From contig CAVPLU010000003.1 in assembly GCA_963706285.1 (NCBI GenBank), positions 96,001-160,000 on the forward strand: 64,000 bases of DNA. Reading direction: 5' to 3'. The notes beneath the pieces are model-generated. The model searched no databases. It saw nothing but the letters and a program-made list of their open reading frames with translations, and was not told the origin of the DNA. Within the stretch, counting starts at the first letter, position 1. The number at the start of each line of letters is the position of its first letter. Of this stretch, positions 32,089 to 41,899 are shown one piece after another. Source of the DNA: Candidatus Bathyarchaeota archaeon. GTDB lineage: Archaea > Thermoproteota > Bathyarchaeia > 40CM-2-53-6. A program made the position numbers and the translations under genes.

Positions 32089-32724
32089 TTGTCGTACATT
32101 CGTCCGCTCGATTCCGGACTGAACATGATGTCTGAGACTCTTCTTGAGATGGCTGGCCTCGCCGAGAGAACCGTCTCGGCCTCGATAACTGCTGCCGCGC
32201 AAGGCGGAGAGCTTGGAACTCAAGTGCGCATGTGGTCCAGTGAGTTACAGGGTAAATATGATGATGTCGAAGAGAAGGCCGTTGAGTTGATCGCTAGGTA
32301 TCAGCCCGTAGCTTCGGATCTCAGAGTCATCAAGTCAAGCATGAAGATCGCATACGATTTAGCCCGCCTCGGTCGATACGCATACGACATCGTCCAAGTT
32401 CTCGATCTCGTCAATGGAGGGAAGGCAGCTGACAAACCATTTCTTGAGAAGATGTCCGAGAAAGTCCTCAAGATGATGAGGCTTAGCTTCGAGACGCTTA
32501 GGACTCGCGATGTCCAAATGGCACGCAAGCTCATCGAGATGGACAACGAAGTTGACAGTCTCTATCGAGGCTACCTCAAAGGACTGATCGGCAACCCAAA
32601 CTTGACGGCTGCTGAAGCAGTATCAACAGCACTGATAGCACGTCATCTTGAGAGAATTGCCGACCACGCCTGGTACATAGCCGAATCAGTAAGCTACATG
32701 GTCACAGGCACATACATCGTATAG
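32089..32724 (+). CDS. phoU: Phosphate signalling protein PhoU
   Basis: RYQPVASDLR, DNEVD, ERIADH. Ends the pst operon. Confidence 0.92.
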   Translation: MSYIRPLDSGLNMMSETLLEMAGLAERTVSASITAAAQGGELGTQVRMWSSELQGKYDDVEEKAVELIARYQPVASDLRVIKSSMKIAYDLARLGRYAYDIVQVLDLVNGGKAADKPFLEKMSEKVLKMMRLSFETLRTRDVQMARKLIEMDNEVDSLYRGYLKGLIGNPNLTAAEAVSTALIARHLERIADHAWYIAESVSYMVTGTYIV

Positions 32725-32766
32725 AACAACTAGATTCGCTGAGATTCTAGTCGAAGTTGGAGGGAG

Positions 32767-34605
32767 GTGAAGCAGGTGACGGCTCACGGTGATAGGGCTT
32801 GGCTAGTGGACGCATCGTATGTTGCGGGACAAGTAACGCTCAACCTGATTGGAGAAAACAACCTCACGCCATTTCAGTGGAGTGATTCCAGCTTCCATCC
32901 CTACTACCTAACCGAAGAGGATACGATTGGCGAACGGGTCACGAAGCTTGATCTCTTCACCCAAAACGAGCGGACACTCAACAAAGTGAATATTCCAAGC
33001 GCAAAGAAGAAGGTCATTGGATGGGAGTCAGATATCGATCCGGCACTCAGTTACGTTTACGATAGAGGACTTCGCTTCGGTGTGCTTCACCGCTTCGAAA
33101 ACGATGCTTGGGTGCCGCAGGCCTCGTTAGACGTTGACCAGTCTTCTCGTTTTGACGAGCTTTTCGGGGAAATCGAGGAGAAAGACCCGCTCAAGTATGC
33201 TTTGGTGAAGGAAGCGTATTCTTACACGAATCTGCCCGTTCCACAAATCAGCAAAGAGAAGCTCGGGCTTCCAGACGATGACGGGTCTGAGGAAGATTAC
33301 TACAACGCCATCCTACTCAGCCGTCTCGCGAATCTTCCCATAACCAGAACCTACAGGAACCATGCTGTATCTACATGGATTCGTTCAATGCTCAACACAT
33401 ACTATCGTACTCACAATATTCTCATTCCAAACTCCGAGGAACTCAAACTCGGCGACACGAGAAAATCTGTTACCGGAGCCCTAACGATAGCGCCAGAGTC
33501 AGGTACCTACTTCAACATGGTCGTCCTTGACTTCGAATCCCTATACCCCGGCTGCATCGATGTCTTCAACCTCTCATACGAAACAGTACGGTGCCCTCAT
33601 CCTGAATGCCAGCAGAACCAGGTTCCCGGCCTAGGCTACAACATCTGCAAGAAACGACGTGGAGTCTACTCCGTACTCATAGGAGCATTACGCGACCTTC
33701 GTCTACGAGTCTTCAAACCCCTCGCCAAAGATACAGCGGATAAGAAGATGAGGGCGGCTTCACGGATTCTCAAAACCTTCCTCGTCTCATGCTACGGCGT
33801 AACAATTCGCATTCACGGCCTAGCAAGCCCGCTCTTGGCAGAAGCAATCACCGCTTACGGGCGTTACGTCTTGCAAAGTACATGGGATATGGCTAAAGAA
33901 ATGGATCTTAGACCGCGCTATGGCGACACGGACTCCGTCTTCCTAGACAACCCCCACGAAGGAGTAGGGAAATACGTTCAATCGGTCAAGAAACGATTCA
34001 ACCTAGAGCTAGCATATGACCGAGTCTACTCAGTCTGTGTCCTAAGCTCGGCGAAGAAGGCATACTTCGGAATCCTACCGGACGGAGAACCGGAGATCAA
34101 AGGACTTTCAATCGCAAAATCGAACTCGCCCAAATTCTTCCAACAGACTTTCCAGGACTGTCTTGCCAAGCTCGCTGAGGGACGTCGATCCCGCCATGAT
34201 TTCGAACTCGTCAAACGTCAAGTGCCTGCTGTAGTGGAAGAAGCGATTCAAGAACTCCGACACGGAAAAGTCGCACTCCCCGACCTAGAGTACCAAGTCG
34301 AGCTGCGGGATGATCCTCGTGAGAAACTGAGGTCGAGCACTCTGCCTCAACCCTATCAGGCAGCATGGCTAATGCTTGAAGAAGGAAAGAAGATCGGAGC
34401 AGGAGAGACTGTGAGTTTCGTCAAAGTCCATCCATTCAGATTTCAAGGAAGACAGCTCACCGTCAAACCATCCACACAAGCTGATGTGCGAGAGATCAAC
34501 GTTGACGATTACGTTCGCAGCCTCTACTCCTCACTATCTCAGACTTTCCAGCCAATGGGAATCAACCTCGAAAAGACAGCGACGACGCTCTCAGAATTCA
34601 CGTAG
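32767..34605 (+). CDS. polB: Family B DNA polymerase, PolB1-like, lacking the 3'-5' exonuclease domain
   Basis: Motif A DFESLYP, NLSYET, motif B KxxxxSCYG, motif C YGDTDS, KKAYFG. Only 612 aa, with no ExoI-III motifs. Confidence 0.9.
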   Translation: MKQVTAHGDRAWLVDASYVAGQVTLNLIGENNLTPFQWSDSSFHPYYLTEEDTIGERVTKLDLFTQNERTLNKVNIPSAKKKVIGWESDIDPALSYVYDRGLRFGVLHRFENDAWVPQASLDVDQSSRFDELFGEIEEKDPLKYALVKEAYSYTNLPVPQISKEKLGLPDDDGSEEDYYNAILLSRLANLPITRTYRNHAVSTWIRSMLNTYYRTHNILIPNSEELKLGDTRKSVTGALTIAPESGTYFNMVVLDFESLYPGCIDVFNLSYETVRCPHPECQQNQVPGLGYNICKKRRGVYSVLIGALRDLRLRVFKPLAKDTADKKMRAASRILKTFLVSCYGVTIRIHGLASPLLAEAITAYGRYVLQSTWDMAKEMDLRPRYGDTDSVFLDNPHEGVGKYVQSVKKRFNLELAYDRVYSVCVLSSAKKAYFGILPDGEPEIKGLSIAKSNSPKFFQQTFQDCLAKLAEGRRSRHDFELVKRQVPAVVEEAIQELRHGKVALPDLEYQVELRDDPREKLRSSTLPQPYQAAWLMLEEGKKIGAGETVSFVKVHPFRFQGRQLTVKPSTQADVREINVDDYVRSLYSSLSQTFQPMGINLEKTATTLSEFT

Positions 34606-34701
34606 TGTAGTTACTAGTGACCACTGTCCCAGAATCTGTGTCAGGCGATTGCGTGCGACCTCAAACCTGAGTAACGCCCCATATCTTTAGATCAGAAGGA
34701 A

Positions 34702-34887
34702 TCATCTTAACACTCGCTTTTCTTTGATGTGTCTCTCCAATTCCATGAGCCTCTTGTGCTGTGCGAAGATCATCGAGAACAGCAACGGGGGCAGGCTCCC
34801 CAAGCTCGCGCGACTCAGACTTGAGGTGGAAGCCAGACGGGTTGGCATCTCACCCTCCGCGTACATCCGAGCGCTAGCTATTGTCAA
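34702..34887 (-). pseudogene. Possible remnant of the small helical protein that accompanies archaeal PolB2 (arCOG07300-like)
   Basis: ARMYA ... LFSMIFAQHKRLMELE resembles, from memory, the C-terminal half of that family. The N-terminal half is absent. Confidence 0.35.
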
Positions 34888-34913
34888 TTTGACCTAGGGG
34901 AGAGAAAACATGG

Positions 34914-34936
34914 GTGTATCACGCAGTGTGATACAC
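34914..34936. repeat. Perfect 9-bp inverted repeat GTGTATCAC-N5-GTGATACAC
   Basis: Read directly. Flanked by direct repeats AATTTGACC at 34886 and 34941. Confidence 0.8.
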
Positions 34937-35010
34937 AGGGAATTTGACCGTGCGTCGGCTAGTGAGCCTCATAAGGTGGTAGAGGTGCTTGCCATACTAG
35001 GCGATGGAGA

Positions 35011-35343
35011 TTGAGCGAAGAGGTTTCATTTGAGGACTTCAAGCGGCTCGACATCCGAACAGGCGTCATTTCGAGCGTGGAGCGGGTCAAACGGACAGAG
35101 AAGCTATACAAGATCCTCGTGGATTTGGGCAGCTTTGGAACACGGCAGACGGTCTCAAGCCTTGTGGGATATTATGAGGCGGATGAGCTCGTCGGAAAGA
35201 AAGTCGTCTATCTAACGAACCTAAAGCAGGCGAAATTTGCTGGTGAGGTCTCGCAAGGGATGCTTCTGGCAGCCGAGCTAGATGGCAAGCTTGCACTTCT
35301 TACGACTGATCGTGAGATTCAGCTGGGTGCACGGGTCACCTAG
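35011..35343 (+). CDS. tRNA-binding OB-fold protein (Trbp111/CsaA/MetRS C-terminal-like)
   Basis: FEDFKRLDIRTG, KLY, NLK, SQGMLL. Confidence 0.92.
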   Translation: MSEEVSFEDFKRLDIRTGVISSVERVKRTEKLYKILVDLGSFGTRQTVSSLVGYYEADELVGKKVVYLTNLKQAKFAGEVSQGMLLAAELDGKLALLTTDREIQLGARVT

Positions 35344-35443
35344 CCTTTATAAGGTGACGCCTACGGCGGACATTCAAACCTTTTAATTATTACACCCAGT
35401 GCACTAGTGCGGTCTCTGGAGACGAGCCCAAGAAGGTTTACCA

Positions 35444-35812
35444 ATGCCAAGGAAAGGTCCCACTGAACAGGACGTACTTCGCATAGTCATGGACAGAGGA
35501 AACGAAGGAATCCTTCAATCTGCGCTCTGGAGAGAAATGAAAGCGGACAGCAGAGAAGGCTCAAGAGCGATACTTCGGCTGGAACGCAAAGGGCTGATTG
35601 AAAGGAAGCGGGAACTGAATACTGGGCGGTGGACCTATCGAGTTTTTGCCAGGCGCAAGTACTCAAGCATAGACTCCATAATCGACGTTCCCTGTTCTTT
35701 CTGCGACATCGAACCTAGATGCGCCCAAGAGGGCGCTGAGAACCCGGCAACATGCGGTAAGATCAACCAATGGATATTCGCCTCAGTGGGCGGATCGACT
35801 GCCGGAAGATAG
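35444..35812 (+). CDS. Transcription factor E beta subunit (RPC34/39-like wHTH + FeS domain)
   Basis: wHTH (GILQSALW...LERKGLIER) plus PCSFC-x5-C-x10-C...W. Confidence 0.82.
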   Translation: MPRKGPTEQDVLRIVMDRGNEGILQSALWREMKADSREGSRAILRLERKGLIERKRELNTGRWTYRVFARRKYSSIDSIIDVPCSFCDIEPRCAQEGAENPATCGKINQWIFASVGGSTAGR

Positions 35813-35814
35813 TC

Positions 35815-36471
35815 TTGTCAAATCAATGGCTCCAGAAACGTCGCAGAGATCAATTCTACAAGCTCGCCAAGGCGAGGGGTTACAGGAGCCGAGCTAGTTT
35901 CAAGCTTCTGCAAACGAACCGAAGTTACAGATTCATCAATCATGGACAAAATGTCGTCGATCTCGGCGCTGCTCCGGGTGGTTGGCTTCAAATCGCGCGG
36001 GAAGCTGTTGGTGAATCAGGATTCGTCCTCGGAGTGGACAAACAAGAGATCGCGCCGCTGCCTCAGCGCAATGTCGTCACTATAATGGGGGATGTCGAAG
36101 TTCTATCCCTCACAGATATCATACGCGAGAGAATGCCTGGTCCGGTCGATGTCGTGCTCTCTGACGTCTCACCTAATCTTACGGGCTCTTGGGACACAGA
36201 TCATGCCCGCCAGATCTACTTGGCAAACCAATCACTCGAGATCGCACGACGCATCTTGCGCAAAGGCGGAGCGTTCTTCGTCAAAACATTTCACGGGCCA
36301 GACCTTCAGGAATTCAGGTCGAACCTTCAGCGTTCCTTTCAGATAATTAGGATTGTGAAGCCTCCCGCGAGCAGAAACGATAGTTCAGAAGTATACTTCT
36401 TAGGACTCAACTACGTTGGCGAGAGGGAACTGAGACCATTGCCGAAGGAACAACTTGATCCGTCTCATTGA
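35815..36471 (+). CDS. rlmE: 23S rRNA 2'-O-methyltransferase RlmE/FtsJ
   Basis: GYRSRASFKL, DLGAAPGGW, SD, K, KPPASR..SSE. Confidence 0.94.
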   Translation: MSNQWLQKRRRDQFYKLAKARGYRSRASFKLLQTNRSYRFINHGQNVVDLGAAPGGWLQIAREAVGESGFVLGVDKQEIAPLPQRNVVTIMGDVEVLSLTDIIRERMPGPVDVVLSDVSPNLTGSWDTDHARQIYLANQSLEIARRILRKGGAFFVKTFHGPDLQEFRSNLQRSFQIIRIVKPPASRNDSSEVYFLGLNYVGERELRPLPKEQLDPSH

Positions 36472-37016
36472 AGAGAATGTCGCAAGCACGTTGCGAAACG
36501 TTCTACCAGAATATCAGGCAAAGAGTCCCTGTTCAGAGGCGTCACCTCGATCACCTCGATGCTCGGGCTTGATCTGATTCTTCGAACCAGCGAGTCCTGT
36601 GCGTTCCGATGTACAGTTCCCAACAAGGACTTGCCAGATGTTAGAGCAGCTTGAACAGCATCCTTGAACCGAGAGGAAGTCAACTCCATAGGACCGACCT
36701 CATCAACTATGATGAGCTCCGCGCTCTTTATCGCGGAAACTATCGCTTCAGCACCTATCCTGTCCAGATCCTCGCTCTTCACCCGATATTTGCCAACCCG
36801 TGGCCCAGATGGTTGGTTGACGTGAGCAAGCACTCCTGCTTCCCCAGTCAGTAGATTTCGTATCTCGAACCCGACGCGGCCTGCACCAGACCTTAGATCG
36901 CCAGAGGTCATTCCACCAACCTTGAAACCGCCTCGCTGGATCTTTTCTGCGGTTTTCTTCACTGCGGTGCTCTTGCCGACGCCGGGGACACCCGTAAGGA
37001 ACAAGCGAAGGCTCAA
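36465..37016 (-). CDS. THEP1-family nucleoside-triphosphatase
   Basis: TGVPGVGKST, RVGF, RVGKY, VDEVGPME, NRD. Confidence 0.92.
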   Translation of the reverse strand: MSLRLFLTGVPGVGKSTAVKKTAEKIQRGGFKVGGMTSGDLRSGAGRVGFEIRNLLTGEAGVLAHVNQPSGPRVGKYRVKSEDLDRIGAEAIVSAIKSAELIIVDEVGPMELTSSRFKDAVQAALTSGKSLLGTVHRNAQDSLVRRIRSSPSIEVIEVTPLNRDSLPDILVERFATCLRHSLQ

Positions 37017-37043
37017 CGGCTTTCAATCCACGCTACACGTTAC

Positions 37044-37799
37044 ATGTCAGCTCCTGGACAGGGAAGCTATAACTGGTTTGACGCGTCAAGTGAAGGAATC
37101 AACCATGCTGTGACCAGTATGGGCAGAAGCATAGCCGGAGTGGATGACGCTGGAAGAGGCCCGATAATTGGGCCCCTCGTTATTGCAGGTGTGCTGATCG
37201 ACGAGGACAAGATACGAGAACTTGTCTCAATTGGCGTGAAAGATTCCAAGCTCCTGACACCAAAACAACGATCTGATCTGGCCGAGAAGATACAGAGAAT
37301 CGCGTCGAAGATCTCATACGACCAACTCTCGCCAGCAGAAATCGATGAAGTTGTCCTGAAGGGTAAGAAGCTCCAGAAGTTGAACTTTCTTGAGGCGAAA
37401 TCCATGGCGAAGGTGATTGCAGATCTTAGGCCGGAAGCAGTGTGGGTCGATGCCTCAGACGTGAAGCCGGAGCGCTATGCCCGCCACATTCTCGACGAAT
37501 TACCTCCAGATCTGAGGAGAATTGTGTTGATATCGGAACACAAAGCAGACAGGAAGTATCCGATAGTCTCCGCCGCCAGCATTATGGCCAAGGTGAAACG
37601 CGACGGTGAAATCTCAAAACTGTGGGAAGAATACGGCAAATTCGGGTCGGGATATGTCTCAGACCCTGACACGATAAGATTTCTCAAAGAGTGGCGACGG
37701 AAGCACGTCGATTACCCGTCCATGGTCAGGAGGTCTTGGAAGACGATAAAAGAGATCGAATCAGATTTGGTCCAGACTAGGTTGACGGCGGAGAAGTAG
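37044..37799 (+). CDS. rnhB: Ribonuclease HII
   Basis: GVDDAGRGP, DSK, EHKAD, AASIMAK, GSGY. True start likely near 37119. Confidence 0.95.
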   Translation: MSAPGQGSYNWFDASSEGINHAVTSMGRSIAGVDDAGRGPIIGPLVIAGVLIDEDKIRELVSIGVKDSKLLTPKQRSDLAEKIQRIASKISYDQLSPAEIDEVVLKGKKLQKLNFLEAKSMAKVIADLRPEAVWVDASDVKPERYARHILDELPPDLRRIVLISEHKADRKYPIVSAASIMAKVKRDGEISKLWEEYGKFGSGYVSDPDTIRFLKEWRRKHVDYPSMVRRSWKTIKEIESDLVQTRLTAEK

Positions 37800-37873
37800 G
37801 TCCCTCTTCGCTTTTCCGCGTTGGAAAGCCTCAAATTCGGACATCCATCTTGTGTTGCATTGAGTTGGGACTT

Positions 37874-38066
37874 GTGGTATCCTTATTGCCTCTTCTCTAT
37901 CTGGCCGGAATTGTTGCGGTCGTCATGATGTGGCGCGGAATCTGGGGACTCAGATCTCTATTTATGGCCAAAGAACCCTAAACTGAGCTACTGGGTATCA
38001 TTCGTGGCGGGTCTGATTGTTATCGCGATAATCGTCTTACTGCTTGATGTTAGAGTGCAAGTCTAG
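37874..38066 (+). CDS. Small two-TM membrane protein (WRGxWxLxD motif, Fuseless-like; frameshifted)
   Basis: Manual translation ...AVVMMWRGIWGL / DLYLWPKNPKLSYWVSFVAGLIVIAIIVLLL across one frameshift near 37952. Confidence 0.6.
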
Positions 38067-38421
38067 CAGACACGCTATTGCGCTGTGGATACTGGTGAAG
38101 ATCACTGGTTCTCTCTTTTTGCAACGACCATTGCGTGATTAGTGCTGCAATGCAAGAATAGTGGTCTCGCTCTCCTATCGGCCGGAGGCTAGCGTACAAC
38201 CTCACCAAAGACAAGACATGAGAAAGATAGAAAGAAAATTGGAGGAAGACGGGGCTACCTGTAGGCTCTTGATGAGTGGTTTTTGCGTTTTTGGGGTCAA
38301 AATGAGGTGTTCTCGCTTGTCTGTACGTTAAGGTATTCCCCAAAGGTGTGGGTGTTTTGTTGTGTTTTCCCGAAGGCCTGTTCTCTACTGGTAGTATCGT
38401 AAGTCTTAACCTGAAGTCGTC

Positions 38422-38616
38422 ATGCGTTTCTATTGTGGAATTTTGACCGTACAGGATCAGTTTCGCTGTTGTAGGCGGCCACTTTACGAGCTTGTGCCGA
38501 AATCGCGGTTGGAGCTTGCGCAGGATCAGTTTCACAGGGCATTCCATGAACCTGTCACTGAAACCTGGCGCTGTAGCAGTTGTGGCACTGTAGTAGTTAT
38601 GCCAAGGACGACTTGA
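38422..38616 (+). CDS. Zinc-binding microprotein (CC...CxxCG)
   Basis: FRCCRRPL...WRCSSCGTVV, with an internal QDQF repeat. Confidence 0.6.
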   Translation: MRFYCGILTVQDQFRCCRRPLYELVPKSRLELAQDQFHRAFHEPVTETWRCSSCGTVVVMPRTT

Positions 38617-38777
38617 AGATCAAGCGACTGCCCGAAAGTGGGTAGAGGTCATGCATCAACAAGTGAAGCCCCGCAGGGCTCAGCCGAGCGATCCGACAAT
38701 CCCTGATCCAAAGGGGCGAGTAGTGTCGTAATTGCTTTAAGATGAAGGACTCCTGTCTTGGATTCGTGGGTCAATCG

Positions 38778-38900
38778 TTGTCTTTCGAGATTACCATTTG
38801 TCCGTACTGTAATGTGGTGAATGAAGGTCAGGCAAGATACTGCGACCAATGCGGTTTGCCATTAACAGCGAAGGAATCCGAGTCTCCCACGGTCGAGTGA
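38778..38900 (+). CDS. 40-aa zinc-ribbon microprotein
   Basis: (M)SFEITICPYCNVVNEGQARYCDQCGLPLTAKESESPTVE. TTTAAG box about 40 nt upstream; alternative ATG at 38742. Confidence 0.75.
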   Translation: MSFEITICPYCNVVNEGQARYCDQCGLPLTAKESESPTVE

Positions 38901-38988
38901 CCCGACACGGTATAGTAACAGCTCCGGTTTGATTATCAAAAAGGAATCAAACCATATTCAGTGGAGGCGGCTCAAAGGAAGAGACAGT

Positions 38989-39117
38989 TTAGAACCAAAG
39001 TTTTTGGCAGACGCTGCAGTACCAGTTGCCGCGGCGACGTTCATGTCGCGTAAGCGTGTTACATCGGGTGCAGAATTGGATCCGCGTCAGCTGAATCGCA
39101 GACCACGTCTCAGCCAA
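38989..39117 (-). CDS. 42-aa zinc-ribbon microprotein
   Basis: (M)AETWSAIQLTRIQFCTRCNTLTRHERRRGNWYCSVCQKLWF. Confidence 0.7.
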   Translation of the reverse strand: MAETWSAIQLTRIQFCTRCNTLTRHERRRGNWYCSVCQKLWF

Positions 39118-39594
39118 CTCGATCGCCTTCGATTAGTTCGCAAGGTTGATCTTCATAACCAGCTTGGTTTAGTTCTGAAAAGAGGCAGTCGACGCAATTG
39201 ACGAATTGATTCACTCCGCCAAGCCACTGTTTGCTATGTTATGGCTTGACGAGCAGGTGCAGCTTGCCAGTAACTTATCCTTGGCCAAGTAGGAACAGTC
39301 GTCCAGTCGAAGATGGTCGCCTTTTCTCTCGGAAGTTTGGGCATCCGCGGCGTGGACTTCCAACTTCAAGCTTCGGGAAAACAAATCCCAGAATGTCCTG
39401 TGCTCACCCTGTCGATCTTCAGCCGAAGGCGCAAGCACTAGCGCTTCGAAGATTAACGGCACAGTCTAAGCACACAAAGAAACGCAAGTACTAGGAGCCT
39501 ACTTGAGCTTCGAGCAGCAAAGGCTGCTATTTCTTATAGGTGTGGATACGAAACGTCTTGATTGAGACGCTTTGGTTAAGCGTGGCGATTTAGG

Positions 39595-39894
39595 ATGGCA
39601 TATCCGTATATGATCTGTGGGCGATGCGGCGGCCAGTTGATGTCAAGTGGTCCAGGTGTTGCTTACTGTCAATCTTGTAGGCAGCAATACTTTATGGCTC
39701 CGGCTCAAGCGAGCTGGGAAGGGATGCAGGGGTCGCATGTGGACGCGCAGCATAGTCCTTACGTCGGTGAACACTGGCAAGGCAAGCACATCTACGAGAA
39801 CTGTCGGTACTGTTTCCAGCGGCTAGTTGCCACACAAGATCCGCGCATAAACTATTGTCCACAATGCGGTAGATACCAGCCGCACCGCGTCTAG
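39595..39894 (+). CDS. Double zinc-ribbon protein
   Basis: Four CxxC motifs: CGRC, CQSC, CRYC, CPQC. Confidence 0.8.
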   Translation: MAYPYMICGRCGGQLMSSGPGVAYCQSCRQQYFMAPAQASWEGMQGSHVDAQHSPYVGEHWQGKHIYENCRYCFQRLVATQDPRINYCPQCGRYQPHRV

Positions 39895-39930
39895 GTGAAT
39901 GCTGCGAGCATCGTTTGGTTGGGGATCACG

Positions 39931-40143
39931 ATGATCAGTGGTAAGTGTTGCATGTCCTGTGGACAGTTGAATGAGCTCGAGAGCAACTACTGCATCTTAT
40001 GCGGATCATCATTCGCCGTTCTGATGGAGGATATTTGCGTGTACTGTTATCCTGAAGTCGAACTCATTGAGCCAGATTATCCAGAAGCGGTCTTCCCTAA
40101 CCCAGCGGACTATCCTGAAGCGGTATTTGCGACAATTCTGTGA
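39931..40143 (+). CDS. Zinc-ribbon protein with acidic tandem repeat tail
   Basis: CMSCG..N..ESNYCILCG, an extra CVYC, and DYPEAVF twice. Confidence 0.75.
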   Translation: MISGKCCMSCGQLNELESNYCILCGSSFAVLMEDICVYCYPEVELIEPDYPEAVFPNPADYPEAVFATIL

Positions 40144-40301
40144 CGAGAAGCGCGGCGCTGCGTCCTCAAGACTCAGGAGCGATAGTGGCGTCCATCATAA
40201 CGGCACTTGAGTTCGCAGTTACCTATTTGGCTGAGGGTAGAGCGCCCGCATAGGCAAACTCATATCTTGAATCGACTGACTGAATCAAGGTGAAATAGGA
40301 T

Positions 40302-40451
40302 ATGGTGAAGAAAGTCAAGATTCAATGTGACTTTTGCAAAGGCAAATGCTGGTACTGGGATCTTGAATATCGAACGAGGAAGAAGTTCAAAGCTGAATGT
40401 TGGCAATGCGGCGGAAAAGGCTACGTTCTAGCGACAAGCTATCAACAATAA
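40302..40451 (+). CDS. 49-aa DnaJ-type zinc-finger microprotein
   Basis: MVKKVKIQCDFCKGKCWYWDLEYRTRKKFKAECWQCGGKGYVLATSYQQ, with an AGGTGA Shine-Dalgarno upstream. Confidence 0.78.
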   Translation: MVKKVKIQCDFCKGKCWYWDLEYRTRKKFKAECWQCGGKGYVLATSYQQ

Positions 40452-41015
40452 GACATCAATAGACACACGATCAATTTTGTTGAACCAGTCTTTCGTGCTT
40501 CACAGTTTCTGCCTCAGCTGCAGTGAGTGCACTCGTGAAGGAAGGATAGTCGTCGAAGGCTCCACGACGAAACCTCGCGACTAAGGCGAATGAATCAGAG
40601 GAGTAGCATGGTCTATATGCCATGCGAAGTTTTTGAAGAAGTTTGGCCTTGAATCTCATGACTGGAAAACTCAATAACGGCGTGCTAGATGTGACGAATG
40701 GATACCTTTGGCGTTCGAAACTTATCCTGCCTACAAAGCGAAACAGCAGAGAAGTTGGGAATAGACTAGACTCCGCGCTTATGACTTGACCGACAGAATG
40801 CAGGTTGGTACAACATGAATTTGATGCGGCTTCTGCGTGGGTTCCTGAAATCACTATTCTTCTGGTTGTTGCTTTGGACTGTACTGATACTCTTCTTTCT
40901 CTATCTCAGCAGCAAATTCTAGGCCGAGGCGCTCGTGTTGCGCTGCTGCCCTCGCTCAGGATCTAAGGCAAGAGGGAAATACCGGCTGCTTTGATTGTGG
41001 CGCTTTGATGCTAGG

Positions 41016-41252
41016 ATGCCAGCGTTTAGAGAGTCTAGATCAAGATCATTAGTGAAGTCTTTGCTTTACCGAATCGTGTCAATTGCTGGGACTAGTATTT
41101 TGACTTGGATTGTTACAAGAGATGTTGCACAGACAATCTCGATTACGATATACATCCAAGTGTTCCTGGCGATTCTATACTATTCCTTTGAGAGAATATG
41201 GGACAGAATCAATTGGGGAAGAAGAACCGAATTAATTGGGGTGGGAGACTGA
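41016..41252 (+). CDS. DUF2061-like small membrane protein
   Basis: ESRSRSLVKSLLYRI...YYSFERIWDRINWG. Confidence 0.85.
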   Translation: MPAFRESRSRSLVKSLLYRIVSIAGTSILTWIVTRDVAQTISITIYIQVFLAILYYSFERIWDRINWGRRTELIGVGD

Positions 41253-41662
41253 CTCTTCTGGCACGGCCAGTTGAACCCCAACACCTGCTGTGCTTCGGCG
41301 TGACCGCGCATACATGCCTCTCTTATCGAAATTGTTGGTTGACGGCTGCGAGCGTCAGGGAAGGCCGCAGACGAGCGTAGCGAGGGCATGTCGCCAACCA
41401 GTATGAGATAACCGAAGCTTGTCCAAGATTCGTAAGGTGTTGGTTTCACTTTGCTTTGTCCCTACTGTTGGGAGCCCGTCAAATATCCACGCGGCGAATC
41501 TCGTATCTTCCACACATGCGGCCACTACCTTGCACTACTCAAACCAGGAGCAGCCTACGAGGAAATCTAGCAGATCCTAGGCGGGATTGTTACGCTTACG
41601 TGTCAGATGGTTCAGCTGCCGCCCTCTATGAGGTTTATCCATCATAGCATAGTTCTCGACTC

Positions 41663-41845
41663 ATGCGGAGAAAGAGGCGACTAGGCGAACCTCTAGGGCA
41701 ACCTTCCACCGACCCGACCGTCTGCCAGCATCCACTACCGATACTCCTATGGCAACTCAGCGCCTCAGACGTGACCGTGTATCGCTGCCGGTTCTGCGGA
41801 GAATTAGTCCGTTATGTATGTGTCTCCAACCAAGAGCTCACGTGA
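41663..41845 (+). CDS. 60-aa CxH...CxxC zinc-finger microprotein
   Basis: CQHPLPILLWQLSASDVTVYRCRFCG. Paralog of the 16798 ORF. Confidence 0.7.
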   Translation: MRRKRRLGEPLGQPSTDPTVCQHPLPILLWQLSASDVTVYRCRFCGELVRYVCVSNQELT

Positions 41846-41855
41846 ACTAGATCTT

Positions 41856-41886
41856 TTATCTTAAAGGTACAGCGTCCTATCCTCAA
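41856..41886 (+). repeat. 31-bp direct repeat, copy 1 (promoter-like)
   Basis: TTATCTTAAAGGTACAGCGTCCTATCCTCAA; 27/31 identical to the copy at 42264. Confidence 0.8.
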
Positions 41887-41899
41887 AGGGGAGAGACGG

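Noticed and set aside
38050-38547. 165-aa minus-strand ORF in the island
   Set aside because: No motif, and it overlaps a more credible + strand zinc-finger ORF.
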